This document shows positions 48,188 to 59,069 of a stretch of 64,000 nt of DNA, piece after piece; the first letter of the stretch is position 1, and each line of letters starts with the position of its first letter. Location: positions 6,039 to 70,038 of the forward strand of contig CALVNN010000002.1 of NCBI GenBank assembly GCA_944349765.1, given 5' to 3'. The position numbers and the translations under genes are program-made. A model generated the notes under the pieces. The model searched no databases and was not told where the DNA came from. It saw nothing but the letters and a program-made list of their open reading frames with translations. The stretch comes from an uncultured Clostridia bacterium (lineage in GTDB: Bacteria > Bacillota > Clostridia > Christensenellales > UBA1242).

Positions 48188-50520
48188 TAGTCAGCAATCT
48201 CCTTTTCCTCAAAAGCTTCTATAATGTCGCCTTCTTTATATTCAGCATCTTTTAATTTGATACCACATTCAAAGCCTTCTCTCACTTCTTTAGCATCATC
48301 TTTGAAGATTTTGATACTCTCCACAACAGTCTCTTTTATGACTTCTCCACCACGAATTATTTGAGCTATAGCATTTCTCGTAATGTAACCACTCTTTACA
48401 TAACAACCAGCCACAAATCCGACTCCAGTAATTTTGTAAACCATACGGACCTCGGCTGTACCGATACTATTTCTTTGATATTTAGGTGCTTGCATTCCCT
48501 TAACTTTTAATGCGACATCATCCAAAGCCTCATAAATTATCTTATAACTCTTAATCTCAACATCAGCTTTTTCAGCCATCTTCAGGATTTTACTTTCTAC
48601 TTTGACATTAAAAGCAATTATCATAGCGTGAGAAGCCTGTGCAAGTAGTACATCTGTCTCATTGACAGCTCCAACACCACTATGGATGCAACTAATCTTA
48701 ACTTCATCGTTAGATTCATCTATAAGACTACTCTTTAGAGCTTCGACAGAACCTTGTACATCAGCTTTAATAATAATATTTAAGTGTTTCATATCACCAC
48801 TAAGTTGCATAAATTCTTCAAGTGATGTACCACCACTATTTTTAATCTTCTCTAGTTGTAATTTTGCTTTTCTTTCTTGAATAATTTGCTTACTAAATCT
48901 TTCTTCTACTGCTTGAACCGAATCTCCAGCGTTAGGCACATCTTCAAGACCGAGTACAGCCACAGCCGTTGAAGGGCCTGCGGATACTACATTTTTACCA
49001 TTGTCATCTATCATTGCACGCACTCTACCAAGCGTCGTTCCACAAACAAGAGTGTTTCCTATCTTAAGCGTACCATTTTGCACCAAAATAGTAGCTACTG
49101 GGCCTCTACCTCTATCTAGTTTAGCTTCTATAATAGTACCAATAGCAGGACGGTTAGGATTAGCTTTTAGATCTTCCATATCTGCTACAAGTAGCATCAT
49201 TTCAAGAAGCTTATCTACACCCTCCCCAGTCTTAGCACTCACTGGCACCAAAATCGCATCACCGCCCCATTCTTCAGGGATGACGTCGTGCTCAGATAAT
49301 TGTTGTTTGATACGCTCAACATTAGCAGTAGGTTTATCCATTTTATTAATAGCTACAATCATAGGCACGCCCGCTTGCTTGATATGATTAATGGCTTCTA
49401 CAGTTTGAGGCATCACTCCATCATCAGCTGCGACTACCAAAACTGCAATATCCGTAATCTTAGCACCTCTAGCACGCATAGCTGTAAATGCAGCGTGTCC
49501 TGGAGTATCAATGAATGTAATCTTTCTACCATCTTTTTCTATAGTATAAGCACCTATATGTTGAGTAATACCACCTGCCTCACCATCCACTACTTTAGTC
49601 TTACGAATAAAGTCTAGTAGCGATGTCTTACCGTGATCTACGTGACCCATAATAGTGACTATAGGTGGTCTTGGCACTGTATTTTCACTAGCATCAATAT
49701 GAGCTAAATCATCCAATTTTTCTTCGTAAGATTTCTCTAACTTCAACTCAAGTTCAATACCTAGCTCGCTTGATACTAAAGAAGCTGTATCATAATCTAT
49801 ACTGCTATTTATAGTAGCCATATTACCTAATATAAACAATTGTTTAATTATTTGTACTGCTGGCTTGCCAATTTTTTCTGATAATTCTTTAACTGAAATC
49901 ATTTCGCTCGTCATAACTGCCTTCGTAATAACCGTCGCTTGTGCTACTGGTGCTTTTTCCTTTTTAGTCTTTAGCTTTCTATTATATACTCTATCTCCGC
50001 TTTCATCATCAAAATTTTTGATACGTATTTGCTTTTTAGTGGTATTTTCATTCAAATAACGTTTATCTTTATTCTTGTTATTTCTATTATTTTGCTTATT
50101 GTTTTCAAGCGAAAACACTTCATCAAAATTAAACGAATTATTGAATTTATTCTTATTAGGTCCATTGTTAGGTCTGTAATTTTTGCCATTAAAATTGTTT
50201 TCTGGCTTTTTATCAAACTTTCTAACTTCAGGATTAGTCTTAGGGCGTTTTTGAGGCGCAAACTCAGTATGGGCTTCTTTTTTATCTTTGTTAGGTTGTC
50301 TCTCAGTAATAGGCAAAACCTTTTCTACTTTTGAAGTATCCTCAACTTTAGACTTTTGCTCTTGCACTGCTTTACGTTGTTTTAATTCACGCAAAATAGA
50401 GTCAAGTTTTGCCTTGACATTTTTTAATTCAGTATTCATTTCCGCTAATTTTCTATTAGCCCAAATATTACTGATTTCTTTCAAGTTTTGTAAAGATTGA
50501 TTTTTTTCTTGATTTGCCAT
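48187..50520 (-). CDS. infB: Translation initiation factor IF-2
   Basis: 777 aa with a low-complexity N/K-rich N-terminus, G domain [14 protein letters not shown] and NKMD, and C-terminal domains. Confidence 0.95.
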   Translation of the reverse strand: MANQEKNQSLQNLKEISNIWANRKLAEMNTELKNVKAKLDSILRELKQRKAVQEQKSKVEDTSKVEKVLPITERQPNKDKKEAHTEFAPQKRPKTNPEVRKFDKKPENNFNGKNYRPNNGPNKNKFNNSFNFDEVFSLENNKQNNRNNKNKDKRYLNENTTKKQIRIKNFDDESGDRVYNRKLKTKKEKAPVAQATVITKAVMTSEMISVKELSEKIGKPAVQIIKQLFILGNMATINSSIDYDTASLVSSELGIELELKLEKSYEEKLDDLAHIDASENTVPRPPIVTIMGHVDHGKTSLLDFIRKTKVVDGEAGGITQHIGAYTIEKDGRKITFIDTPGHAAFTAMRARGAKITDIAVLVVAADDGVMPQTVEAINHIKQAGVPMIVAINKMDKPTANVERIKQQLSEHDVIPEEWGGDAILVPVSAKTGEGVDKLLEMMLLVADMEDLKANPNRPAIGTIIEAKLDRGRGPVATILVQNGTLKIGNTLVCGTTLGRVRAMIDDNGKNVVSAGPSTAVAVLGLEDVPNAGDSVQAVEERFSKQIIQERKAKLQLEKIKNSGGTSLEEFMQLSGDMKHLNIIIKADVQGSVEALKSSLIDESNDEVKISCIHSGVGAVNETDVLLAQASHAMIIAFNVKVESKILKMAEKADVEIKSYKIIYEALDDVALKVKGMQAPKYQRNSIGTAEVRMVYKITGVGFVAGCYVKSGYITRNAIAQIIRGGEVIKETVVESIKIFKDDAKEVREGFECGIKLKDAEYKEGDIIEAFEEKEIAD

Positions 50521-50861
50521 TACACACCTCTTATGATTTTGTATTCATCCTTGCAATTATTTAAAATTGCATCACATAGTCCTTTATTTTTTACGCCTAA
50601 GATTTGACAACTATTCAAACCTATACACTCGCCCATATCCTCAAGTGGCACCTCTATGACCGGTATATTGTAGTCATTTGCAAGATGCGTAGATACCTTA
50701 ATAATATTTTTACTAGCATTCTTAGGTATGATAACTAGATAGAGTTTCTTATTGTACTCTTTCAGCCTATCGGCTCCAACAACAAGATAATCTCCCTTTC
50801 TTAAGATACCTAGATATCCCTGTAATTTATTGCTTATCAAAGCGTTCCTCCAACTCATCAT
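50520..50861 (-). CDS. ylxQ: L7Ae-family RNA-binding protein YlxQ
   Basis: About 105-113 aa in the position between ylxR and infB. The start is ambiguous. ATGATG at 50861 lies inside ylxR. The TTG at 50840 has a strong GGAGGAA RBS and gives a typical length of about 106 aa. Confidence 0.7.
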   Translation of the reverse strand: MMSWRNALISNKLQGYLGILRKGDYLVVGADRLKEYNKKLYLVIIPKNASKNIIKVSTHLANDYNIPVIEVPLEDMGECIGLNSCQILGVKNKGLCDAILNNCKDEYKIIRGV

Positions 50862-51078
50862 AAATTTCTTTTGAAATATTACACTTAAAAGCTCTATTAA
50901 AAGATTTTAGCTTCATAGCTTTTTTTACACATTCGTTAGACCTGCAAATATATGCACCACGCCCATCTATTTTACCACTGTCATCAATAATGATTTCATC
51001 ATTTACTCGTACCAATCGTAATAATTCTTTTCTATCTTTCATATTACGACATGCGACACACATTCTTTGATTAATCAC
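50827..51078 (-). CDS. ylxR: YlxR family (DUF448) RNA-binding protein
   Basis: 83 aa with CVACR ... GRGAYIC. Confidence 0.85.
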   Translation of the reverse strand: MINQRMCVACRNMKDRKELLRLVRVNDEIIIDDSGKIDGRGAYICRSNECVKKAMKLKSFNRAFKCNISKEIYDELEERFDKQ

Positions 51079-52188
51079 TTATAGATCTCCAAATAAGTCA
51101 GCATCATCAGCCTCGACAGTAGCAATTTCTGGTTCAGAAGTTTTTGAATCCTTGTTAGATTGACTCTTAACATCCATTTTCCAGCCTGTCAGCTTCACAG
51201 CAAGTCTTACATTCAAACCGTCCTTACCTATAGCAAGTGAAAGTTTATCATCAGGAACTATAACCACACTACTTTTTGATAATTCGTCAATTGTAACAGA
51301 TATCACTTTAGCTGGACTTAATGCATTAGCTATAAACACGCTAGGGTCTTCACTATATGGTATAATATCCACCTTTTCCCCGCTTAATTCGTTCACTATC
51401 GAATTGACTCTTGTCCCCTTATTTCCTACACAAGCGCCTACTGGGTCACATTGTGGGGTTGTGGAGCTTACCGCAATCTTTGTCCTATAGCCAGGCTCAC
51501 GACTTATACTATGAATTATTACATCGCCATTTTGAATTTCTGGTACCTCAAGCTCAAAAAGTCTTCTTACAAAATTCACATTAGTTCTACTTACTTGGAT
51601 TTGAGTACCCCTTGAAGATTCAACAATTCTGCGAACGTATACTTTTATCCTACTTCCTACATTAAGCTTTTCGCCAGGAATAACTTCCTTTTCGCTTAAG
51701 ACGCCCTCAGCATCCATACCGCCCATATTTAGGTAATAAGTGCCATTCTCCTCTCTCATAATGATAGCACTAATCAAAGTGCCTTCCTTATCAGATAAGA
51801 TACTCAACTCTTGCGCACGGGTAGCTTCCTTAAGCTTTTGCATAATGACATGTTTTACCGTTTGTGAAGGGATACGTCCAAACTCTTTAGGATTTTCTTC
51901 TTGCATAACGACGTCACCTATAGCATAGCTCTTTTTTATAGCTTTAGCATCTGCCAAACTGATCTCTTTGTCTGGATCAGTCACTTCCTCCACAACGGTC
52001 TTATAGCTATATATTTTGATCATATTCTTTTCAGGGAATAGCTTCACCTCGGCGGATTTAGCTTCGCCATAAGTCTTTTTATAAGCAGCAGTCAAGCCAG
52101 CCTCTAACGCCTCAATAAAATATTCTCTTTTGATATTCTTCTCCTGCTCAAGAGCATCTAATGCTGCAAAAAATTCTTTACTTACCAT
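51079..52188 (-). CDS. nusA: Transcription termination/antitermination factor NusA
   Basis: 369 aa with an N-terminal domain, S1, and KH1/KH2 (GACVGNKGTRV, AIGKDGLNVRLA). Confidence 0.95.
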   Translation of the reverse strand: MVSKEFFAALDALEQEKNIKREYFIEALEAGLTAAYKKTYGEAKSAEVKLFPEKNMIKIYSYKTVVEEVTDPDKEISLADAKAIKKSYAIGDVVMQEENPKEFGRIPSQTVKHVIMQKLKEATRAQELSILSDKEGTLISAIIMREENGTYYLNMGGMDAEGVLSEKEVIPGEKLNVGSRIKVYVRRIVESSRGTQIQVSRTNVNFVRRLFELEVPEIQNGDVIIHSISREPGYRTKIAVSSTTPQCDPVGACVGNKGTRVNSIVNELSGEKVDIIPYSEDPSVFIANALSPAKVISVTIDELSKSSVVIVPDDKLSLAIGKDGLNVRLAVKLTGWKMDVKSQSNKDSKTSEPEIATVEADDADLFGDL

Positions 52189-52205
52189 TTTCTATATTCC
52201 TTTAT

Positions 52206-52667
52206 TTAAAATTCCAAAACGGGTACGCAAACCGCTATTTTATCTATCTCAAGATCAACATTTTCACCATTTTCGTCAATTGTTAATACATCATCTGTAC
52301 TATCTACAATCTTACCAATATGAACTTTTTTACCTTTGTATGGTGAATAAAATTTTACTTCTACATTTGTACCTTTTTTTCTCAAAAAGTCCTTCTTATT
52401 TTTTAAAGGTCTATCCAGTCCACACGAACTTACATTCAAGGTATATGCTACGCCTTCAGTGGGGTCCAACTCATCAAGCGGAGCATCTATAGCATTATGA
52501 AGCTTCTCACAGGTATCTATATCGACTCCACCCTCTTTATCAATAAAAACAGTTAGATTATAACCATTTTGCTTTTTAGCGTATTCAATTTCAACTACTT
52601 CGACACCTATCTCTTTAGCCTTTTGCTCAATTAGTGGTGTCACAGATAAAACAACTTTGCTTGCCAT
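52206..52667 (-). CDS. rimP: Ribosome maturation factor RimP
   Basis: 153 aa, first gene of the rimP-nusA-infB operon, with LEVSSPGLDRPL-like LNVSSCGLDRPL. Confidence 0.9.
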   Translation of the reverse strand: MASKVVLSVTPLIEQKAKEIGVEVVEIEYAKKQNGYNLTVFIDKEGGVDIDTCEKLHNAIDAPLDELDPTEGVAYTLNVSSCGLDRPLKNKKDFLRKKGTNVEVKFYSPYKGKKVHIGKIVDSTDDVLTIDENGENVDLEIDKIAVCVPVLEF

Positions 52668-52689
52668 ACATTGTCTCCTTTTAAAATTT

Positions 52690-52715
52690 TAGAGCGGACT
52701 TAAAAGTCCACTCTA
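52690..52715 (-). promoter_or_regulatory. Stable 11-bp leader hairpin 12 nt upstream of the rimP RBS
   Basis: Minus strand reads TAGAGTGGACT-TTTA-AGTCCGCTCTA (one G-U pair) followed by AAAATTTTAAAAGGAG. No contiguous U-tract directly follows, so it is not a canonical terminator. Confidence 0.35.
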
Positions 52716-52799
52716 AAGTTAAAAGCTTATTTAACTATTATTAATATATCATATATCAAATAAAAAAGCAACAATTTTTATAAATTAAATAAAAAAAAA

Positions 52800-53070
52800 C
52801 CGTAAACGGTCTTACTGGCTACACTACTTCCAAGTGCTATCCTAGACGAATACTCCACCAAAGTTACTTATGGCACATCGAAAACAATTGATTAATGTTG
52901 CTACATTCCTGTCCTCACATGATTCTCAACGCACGATTGCATAAGGCCCTGACTTCAACATACTAGTCTAAGTAGCTTAAACCCACAAATAGGTATCTCA
53001 TAAGACCTTTTAACCCTGCTATAGCGGATTGCAGGTTACAGAGTGCCGCTACCTCTCCATCCATTACGGT
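52800..53070 (-). ncRNA. ffs: Signal recognition particle RNA, long Bacillus-type (scRNA with Alu domain), about 271 nt
   Basis: Minus strand GGAGAGGUAGCGGCACUCUGUAACCUGCAAUCCGCUAUAGCAGGG parallels the B. subtilis scRNA (recalled from memory) GGGGAGGUAGCGGUGCCCUGUACCUGCAAUCCGCUCUAGCAGGG. The domain IV motif is CAUGUGAGGACAGGAAUGUAGCAACAU, with a GGAA tetraloop and the AGCA loop. The terminal helix is ACCGUAA / UUACGGU, followed by U9. Confidence 0.85.
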
Positions 53071-53076
53071 AATATC

Positions 53077-53105
53077 AGTATACTACAGATTTTAAAAAAA
53101 ATCAA
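53077..53105 (-). promoter_or_regulatory. Sigma-A promoter of the SRP RNA gene: TTGATT-N17-TATACT
   Basis: TTGATT (53105-53100), a 17-nt spacer, then TATACT (53082-53077). The predicted +1 falls at about 53070, the 5' end of the terminal helix. The -35 box starts 1 nt after the upstream TAG stop. Confidence 0.6.
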
Positions 53106-54353
53106 CTATTTTTTAAAATTAAGCAACTTTTCGTTGCAACGTACAAAGTTTTCAGTTATCTTATCCGCATCTTCAGACAAATAGTAAATGCCATTTTCAT
53201 AAAGTATTTTACCATTCACCATTGTCAAATACACATCCTTGCTATTTACTGAATAAATCAAACTTTGTCTTAAATTGTTCCATGGTTGATAATTAGGTTC
53301 TTTTATATTAAGCAATATTAAGTCTGCTAAATACCCTTCCTTTATTTCACCTAAATTATCATAACCTAACGCTTTTGCACTGTTGATAGTTGCCATTTTT
53401 ACTACACTACTACTAGACAAAGCGGTAGTTTCGTGCAAATTGCCTTTTTGAAGCACACTAGCTAAGTACATTTCATTAAACATATCCAGTCGGTTATTAC
53501 TGCCAGCACTATCAGTACCAAGTGTTATATTGACACCTTGTTTTTGCAAATTATAAAGGTTGGCAATACCACTTCCAAGTTTTAAATTGCTTGCAGGATT
53601 AGATGCTACAGTAATATTATTTTCTTTAATAATCTCAATATCACTATCATCCAAAAACACACAATGTGCACAGATAGTCGGCTGACTAAAAAATCCGAAA
53701 TCATTCAAGTAAGCTATAGGTGTCATATTGTGTTTTGTTTGGCATTCACCCACTTCAGTAAGAGTTTCTGAGGTGTGTACTGTAATCCTAGTATTGTATT
53801 TTCTAGATAAACGAACAACTTCTTTTATTTCCTCTTCGTCAGTTGTATATACGGAATGTAAATCTATAAAAATTTTAAACATATCCGACTGCTTATAGGT
53901 GCTAAAATCATTTTCAAAATTTTTGTAACCACTAGTTGCACAATACCTAAAACCAGATTTTACAAAACTATCGTATCTAGCTTTCATATCAAAATACATA
54001 TCTAAACAGCAGGTAACACCACCCCTCACAAACTCCTTAAGAGTTTGAAGGTTACTCCAATAATAATCCTCGTATGTCATATTAGCCTCAATGGGCATCA
54101 CATAGTCGTATAGCCAGTCCTCTAAGGTCGCATCGTCACAACCACCACGAATATATGTCATTCCGCAATGTGCGTGCATATCTATAAGTCCAGGCATTAA
54201 AAGATTATTCTCAACATCAATCTCTCTATCAAATGTGATATTTGATTTTTTTGGTTCACCAACATACTTTATAATATTATTTTCAACCCACACTTCACCT
54301 TTTATGATTTCATTAGGTAAATATATGTTGGCATTATAAAATCTGTAATTCAT
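53106..54353 (-). CDS. Amidohydrolase-superfamily deaminase (MtaD/chlorohydrolase-like)
   Basis: 415 aa with metal ligands PGLIDMHAH, HTSET, CAHCVFL and LGTDSAGSNNRLDM. Confidence 0.75.
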   Translation of the reverse strand: MNYRFYNANIYLPNEIIKGEVWVENNIIKYVGEPKKSNITFDREIDVENNLLMPGLIDMHAHCGMTYIRGGCDDATLEDWLYDYVMPIEANMTYEDYYWSNLQTLKEFVRGGVTCCLDMYFDMKARYDSFVKSGFRYCATSGYKNFENDFSTYKQSDMFKIFIDLHSVYTTDEEEIKEVVRLSRKYNTRITVHTSETLTEVGECQTKHNMTPIAYLNDFGFFSQPTICAHCVFLDDSDIEIIKENNITVASNPASNLKLGSGIANLYNLQKQGVNITLGTDSAGSNNRLDMFNEMYLASVLQKGNLHETTALSSSSVVKMATINSAKALGYDNLGEIKEGYLADLILLNIKEPNYQPWNNLRQSLIYSVNSKDVYLTMVNGKILYENGIYYLSEDADKITENFVRCNEKLLNFKK

Positions 54354-55206
54354 TTAACATTATCATTTCCTTTAAAAATTGTATAATATCTTCTTTTAAA
54401 GAATTATCTTTCAAACTTGCATAAATATTAGCCTTAACAAAACCTAGCCTATTCCCCGTATCAAACCTTACGCCTTGGGCAATCACTCCAGTAAGCTCAC
54501 CCAAATGAATTAATTCCGCCAAACATTTTGCAAAATCCACTTCCTCATTTTGAAGCCTTAAATTCTCTATGATACCAAAAAGCTTTGGAGTCATAACATA
54601 TCGACCAATATTTGCTAATCTACTAGGAGGATCTGCTTTAGGTTTTTCTACTATATTAGTAAGTTCCACCCTAGAGCCCTTGATATCACCCTTAGCTATT
54701 CCATACAAGGAAGTCTCTTTTAGTGGAACTTCATACAACGCTATACAAGGTGTACTATATTTATTATAAGACTCTATAAGTTGTGTGGTTAAGCTTTTTT
54801 GGCTTGAGAAGAACACCTCATCACCAACGCATAAGATAAATACATCATCCTTAACAAAATCTTTTGCATAGTATACCGCATCTGCAAAACCTAAAGGCTT
54901 TTCTTGAAGTACAAAACTTATTTTTGCAAGGTTTGTTTGCCTTGTAGCCAATTCATAATATTCTTGTTTGTCTTGTAATAACTGCTCTACTTCAACATTA
55001 CGGTCAAAATGTCTTTGTATAGCTTCCTTTCCTTTTCGACTAACTACTAAGATTTCCTCAATACCAGCCTCACTTAATTCCTTGATAAGCATCTCCAAAA
55101 TAGGAACATTTATAATAGGGAAAAGCTCTTTAGGCACGGCCTTTGAAGCAGGTAAAAATCTCGTTCCAAAACCCGCCACAGCTATTACAGCCTTTTTAAC
55201 TTGCAT
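54334..55206 (-). CDS. galU: UTP--glucose-1-phosphate uridylyltransferase
   Basis: 290 aa with the N-terminal AVIAVAGFGTRFLPASKAVPKELFPI signature. Confidence 0.9.
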   Translation of the reverse strand: MQVKKAVIAVAGFGTRFLPASKAVPKELFPIINVPILEMLIKELSEAGIEEILVVSRKGKEAIQRHFDRNVEVEQLLQDKQEYYELATRQTNLAKISFVLQEKPLGFADAVYYAKDFVKDDVFILCVGDEVFFSSQKSLTTQLIESYNKYSTPCIALYEVPLKETSLYGIAKGDIKGSRVELTNIVEKPKADPPSRLANIGRYVMTPKLFGIIENLRLQNEEVDFAKCLAELIHLGELTGVIAQGVRFDTGNRLGFVKANIYASLKDNSLKEDIIQFLKEMIMLNELQIL

Positions 55207-55246
55207 AAAACACCTCCAAACTGTGAGATGTTTATTTATATGCTAA

Positions 55247-55936
55247 TTAACTTTTATTGTTGATATATTTATCTAGACTAAAATATTTCCAAGGAATTTC
55301 GCTTTCAGGAGGATATGAGATGAAGGTCATATTTTTCTTAAGTGTTGGATGCTCAAAGGTCAATTTATAAGCCCACAAAGCCAAATTACCCTTATATTTT
55401 GAACCATATTTTTTGTCAGCAAACACTGGGCATCCAATGGTACTCATCTGCACTCTAATTTGATGAGATCTACCTGTAATCAGATTTACGTCTACTAAAC
55501 TGAGCTTTTTTTCTACATCGGTAAGTACATTATATACTAGTACAGCTTTCTTAGCACCCTCTTCGTATTGAGGCACTACCTTTACCATATTGAGTTCTGT
55601 ATCTTTCTTTAGAAAATGTGTAAGCTGAGTAAATTTTTCTCTTGGGACTCCCTCTACAACTGCCAAATATTTTTTACTCATTGTCCCATTTTGAATTTGC
55701 TCTGAGAGTCTACTAGCACATTTTGAAGTCTTAGCAAACACCATAACCCCACCAGTAGGCCTATCTAATCTATGAACAAGCCCCACATATACATTACCTG
55801 GTTTATTGTATGTCTCTTTAACGTATTTCTTTACTTGACTTAACATACTCTCATCTTGTGTAATATCTTCTTGAGTCGGTACATTTTGAGGCTTAACTAC
55901 TACTATTAAGTGATTGTCTTCATATAATATGGTCAT
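55247..55936 (-). CDS. RluA-family pseudouridine synthase (no S4 domain)
   Basis: 229 aa with catalytic HRLDRPTGG and a downstream GRSHQIR motif. The ATG overlaps the ileS stop (ATGA). Confidence 0.85.
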   Translation of the reverse strand: MTILYEDNHLIVVVKPQNVPTQEDITQDESMLSQVKKYVKETYNKPGNVYVGLVHRLDRPTGGVMVFAKTSKCASRLSEQIQNGTMSKKYLAVVEGVPREKFTQLTHFLKKDTELNMVKVVPQYEEGAKKAVLVYNVLTDVEKKLSLVDVNLITGRSHQIRVQMSTIGCPVFADKKYGSKYKGNLALWAYKLTFEHPTLKKNMTFISYPPESEIPWKYFSLDKYINNKS

Positions 55937-58900
55937 TTTTTATCCACTTCCTTTAGCCTAATGACTACTAAATTACCATCCAAATCGACTTCTCTTTCTG
56001 CTGTATAAGAATCCAAGTCTTTTATAGACACAGCCAATACCTCTTGCATAATCTTTTGTTTATAAGTGGTCATAACTTTACTTATAATTTCGCTATCGCT
56101 TGATACAGACAGAATAATTCGTTGCTCAATAGAATATCCGCTGTCCTTTCTAAGCACTTGTATTTGTCTTATTAGTTCCCTTGATAAGCCCTCAATCATC
56201 AAATCTTCATCAATGGTAATATCCAATGCTATTGTAATATTTTTCTCAGTAGCCACAACAAATTCTTTCTTAGGACGATAATTTATTATAAACATATCAC
56301 TAGCAACATTTCCAAAGGTCGGAATATCTATGTTAGGATTATTTAAAGAACGAACAAGCTCATCCATATCTTCTTGACTCAAACCTGTCAAAATATTCTT
56401 GACTTTTTGCACATCACCTTTTAGTACTGCCCCAGCTTTCTTAAAATCCAAAGTTAGATATGCATCATTATATTTGGAAGTATCTGGCTCAAAGGTCAAC
56501 TCTTTTATATTTAACTCATCTTTGATAATTTGTTCATATCTAGTCACAGCATCTTTTATACTAGCGTCACCATTATAATATAGATTTCTTAGCGGTTGTT
56601 TAACTTTTATTTGATTTTCGTTACGTAATCTTTGAGCCAAAGTTATTATATTCCTAGCCACTTCAGTATCAAATAATAACGTCTTATCATTGATTTCAAA
56701 AGTTCGTTTAGCAAATCCGCCTAACATAACGCTTTCTTTCTCTGCTGGTTCATAAACTCTAACCATTTCTTGCCAAATATATTCAGACATAAATGGTATA
56801 ATAGGTGTCATTATTTGAATAGTATTTTTCAAGGCATAATATAAACAATAATATGCATTCAATTTATCATCATTATCTTCAGACTTCCAGAATCTTCTAC
56901 GGTTTATTCTAATATACCAGTTAGTCAAATCATCAGTATATTTTTCGAATTCGTCCACTACCACAAAATACTGATTATCATCATAGCTTCTGATTGCTAA
57001 ATCAATAAAATCATTTGTTCTTTGAATCAACCATTTATCACTTACAGTTAAAGTATCTTCATTTGGCTTGTATGCGTCAAGTCTAGGATTGTCAATACTT
57101 GCATAAGTATCAAAGAATACAAAAGCATTCCATAGCCCCATAATCTTACGCCTAGCTTCCTCACATACAGACATACCAAATCTAGTATCGTTTTGCATAT
57201 TATTACCAGCAAAAACATACCTAATTACATCTGCGCCTACTTGCTCAACAATTACATTGAAGTCTATATTGTTTGGACCAGATTTACTAAACTTTGAACC
57301 ATCTTCCGCTACTAATGTTGCAAAACCTATGACTTTTTTATAAGGAGCTCGCTCTTCTATAGTAACAGCCATAAACAATATGCAATAGAACCAAAGCCTA
57401 ATTTGTTCTTTCATCTCAATTACGCACTCAGCAGGGAAATTTTTCTTCCAAAATTCCTTATCTGTAAAGTACTTTTTGGTAGAAAACGGCGTAATACCCG
57501 CATCAAGCCAGCAATCGCCAACCTCAGGCACTCTAGATACTTTTGCATTACACTTTGGACAAGTAATCTTTATATTATCAATATATGGTCTGTGTAAATG
57601 AGGCAAAGCATCCACTTCTTCTTTTGATGATAATTTCGCTAAAGTATCCAAAGAATCAACCACCGTCAACTCACCACACTTTTCACATCTGTAGAATGGC
57701 AAAGGTAATCCATAAAAACGCTTTCTAGATATGTTCCAGTCTCCCATATTAGTGAGCCAATCCCGCATACGTTCTTTCAAGAAAGCAGGTTGCCATTTAA
57801 CGGTCTCTATAGCTTCAAGTAGCTTAGGTCGTATCTCATCTACGGCTATATACCATTCTTTACTCAATCTAAATATTAAAGGATTTTTACATCTCCAACA
57901 GATAGGATATCTATGTGTGTACTTATGAGTGTAATATAGTTTATTATCATTTTTTAAATGTTCAAATACCTCATCAGCGACTTCCGACGTCTTCTTACCA
58001 GAAAGGAAATCAAAGTCGCCCAAAAACTCGCCATTTTCATCTACAGGGACAATAATGTTTAAGCCCAATTTTTGTCCAAGTTCAAAGTCTTCCGCACCAC
58101 ATCCTGGAGCTATATGCACAGCACCAGAACCTTCAGTCGCATCCACTGCTTCCCACGCCACTATAGTGTGCTTGAAAGTCTGACAAGGGAATTTATTAAA
58201 ACACGTCTCATACTCTAATCCAACAAGCTCACTCCCCTTGACTGTCTTAACCACTTCAACCAAATCCTTACGTAGTACCTTTAATGCCTGTGAGCAGACA
58301 ATAAGCTGTCTGCTATCTGAAGTCACCTTACATATACTATACTCTAAATCTGGATTTACAGCTACTGCGACGTTAGCTGAAAGTGTCCAAGGCGTAGTCG
58401 TCCATACTAAGATTGAATAATTACTATCTTTAATAGGTAATTTAAAGAACACAGCTTCATGTTCCATATCTTTGTAACTATCAGCTAATTCATGTTCAGA
58501 AAGAGATGTCCCGCAATGAGCACACCAAGGCATAGGACGATACTTTTCAATAAGCCATCCCTTATCGTAGCACTTCTTCAAAAAGTACCAAATACTTGTA
58601 ATGTTATTATCCGAATTGGTCATATAACTATCATCCCAATTCATCCATTGTCCTAGTCTCTTAGATTGTTCGGTAATCCTATTAGCAAAATATTTAACTC
58701 TTGACATACATTCTTCGGTAAATTTATCCATACCAAATTTTATAATGTCTGGCTTACCTTGCAGACCAAGAGCTTTTTCCACATTAACTTCGACCCAAAG
58801 TCCTTGAGCATCAAAGCCATTTTGATAATGGGCATCAAAGCCATTCATCCCTTTGTATCTAAGCATTATATCTTTTAAAGACCTATTCCAAGCGTGATGC

Positions 58901-59064
58901 AATTTCATCTCATTATTAGCAGTTATAGGACCATCAAGAAAAGCATAATATTTGCCCGTTTTCTTATTTTGCTCTTTTAATTTTTCAAAAGAATGGTTAT
59001 CATCCCAAAACTTCAATATATCTCTTTCCATAGCGACGAAGTCGCCATTAAAATCTTTTTTCAT
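55933..59064 (-). CDS. ileS: Isoleucine--tRNA ligase, long type-2 form
   Basis: 1043 aa with a HIGH-region variant (LHHAWN), a CP1 editing domain, KMSKS as KFSKSG, and zinc-type CxxC pairs. Confidence 0.95.
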   Translation of the reverse strand: MKKDFNGDFVAMERDILKFWDDNHSFEKLKEQNKKTGKYYAFLDGPITANNEMKLHHAWNRSLKDIMLRYKGMNGFDAHYQNGFDAQGLWVEVNVEKALGLQGKPDIIKFGMDKFTEECMSRVKYFANRITEQSKRLGQWMNWDDSYMTNSDNNITSIWYFLKKCYDKGWLIEKYRPMPWCAHCGTSLSEHELADSYKDMEHEAVFFKLPIKDSNYSILVWTTTPWTLSANVAVAVNPDLEYSICKVTSDSRQLIVCSQALKVLRKDLVEVVKTVKGSELVGLEYETCFNKFPCQTFKHTIVAWEAVDATEGSGAVHIAPGCGAEDFELGQKLGLNIIVPVDENGEFLGDFDFLSGKKTSEVADEVFEHLKNDNKLYYTHKYTHRYPICWRCKNPLIFRLSKEWYIAVDEIRPKLLEAIETVKWQPAFLKERMRDWLTNMGDWNISRKRFYGLPLPFYRCEKCGELTVVDSLDTLAKLSSKEEVDALPHLHRPYIDNIKITCPKCNAKVSRVPEVGDCWLDAGITPFSTKKYFTDKEFWKKNFPAECVIEMKEQIRLWFYCILFMAVTIEERAPYKKVIGFATLVAEDGSKFSKSGPNNIDFNVIVEQVGADVIRYVFAGNNMQNDTRFGMSVCEEARRKIMGLWNAFVFFDTYASIDNPRLDAYKPNEDTLTVSDKWLIQRTNDFIDLAIRSYDDNQYFVVVDEFEKYTDDLTNWYIRINRRRFWKSEDNDDKLNAYYCLYYALKNTIQIMTPIIPFMSEYIWQEMVRVYEPAEKESVMLGGFAKRTFEINDKTLLFDTEVARNIITLAQRLRNENQIKVKQPLRNLYYNGDASIKDAVTRYEQIIKDELNIKELTFEPDTSKYNDAYLTLDFKKAGAVLKGDVQKVKNILTGLSQEDMDELVRSLNNPNIDIPTFGNVASDMFIINYRPKKEFVVATEKNITIALDITIDEDLMIEGLSRELIRQIQVLRKDSGYSIEQRIILSVSSDSEIISKVMTTYKQKIMQEVLAVSIKDLDSYTAEREVDLDGNLVVIRLKEVDKK

Positions 59065-59069
59065 AATAT

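Noticed and set aside
55925-55940. DnaA-box-like TTATCCACT at the ileS/rluA junction
   Set aside because: It is a single imperfect copy inside coding sequence with no cluster of boxes, so it is not an origin.
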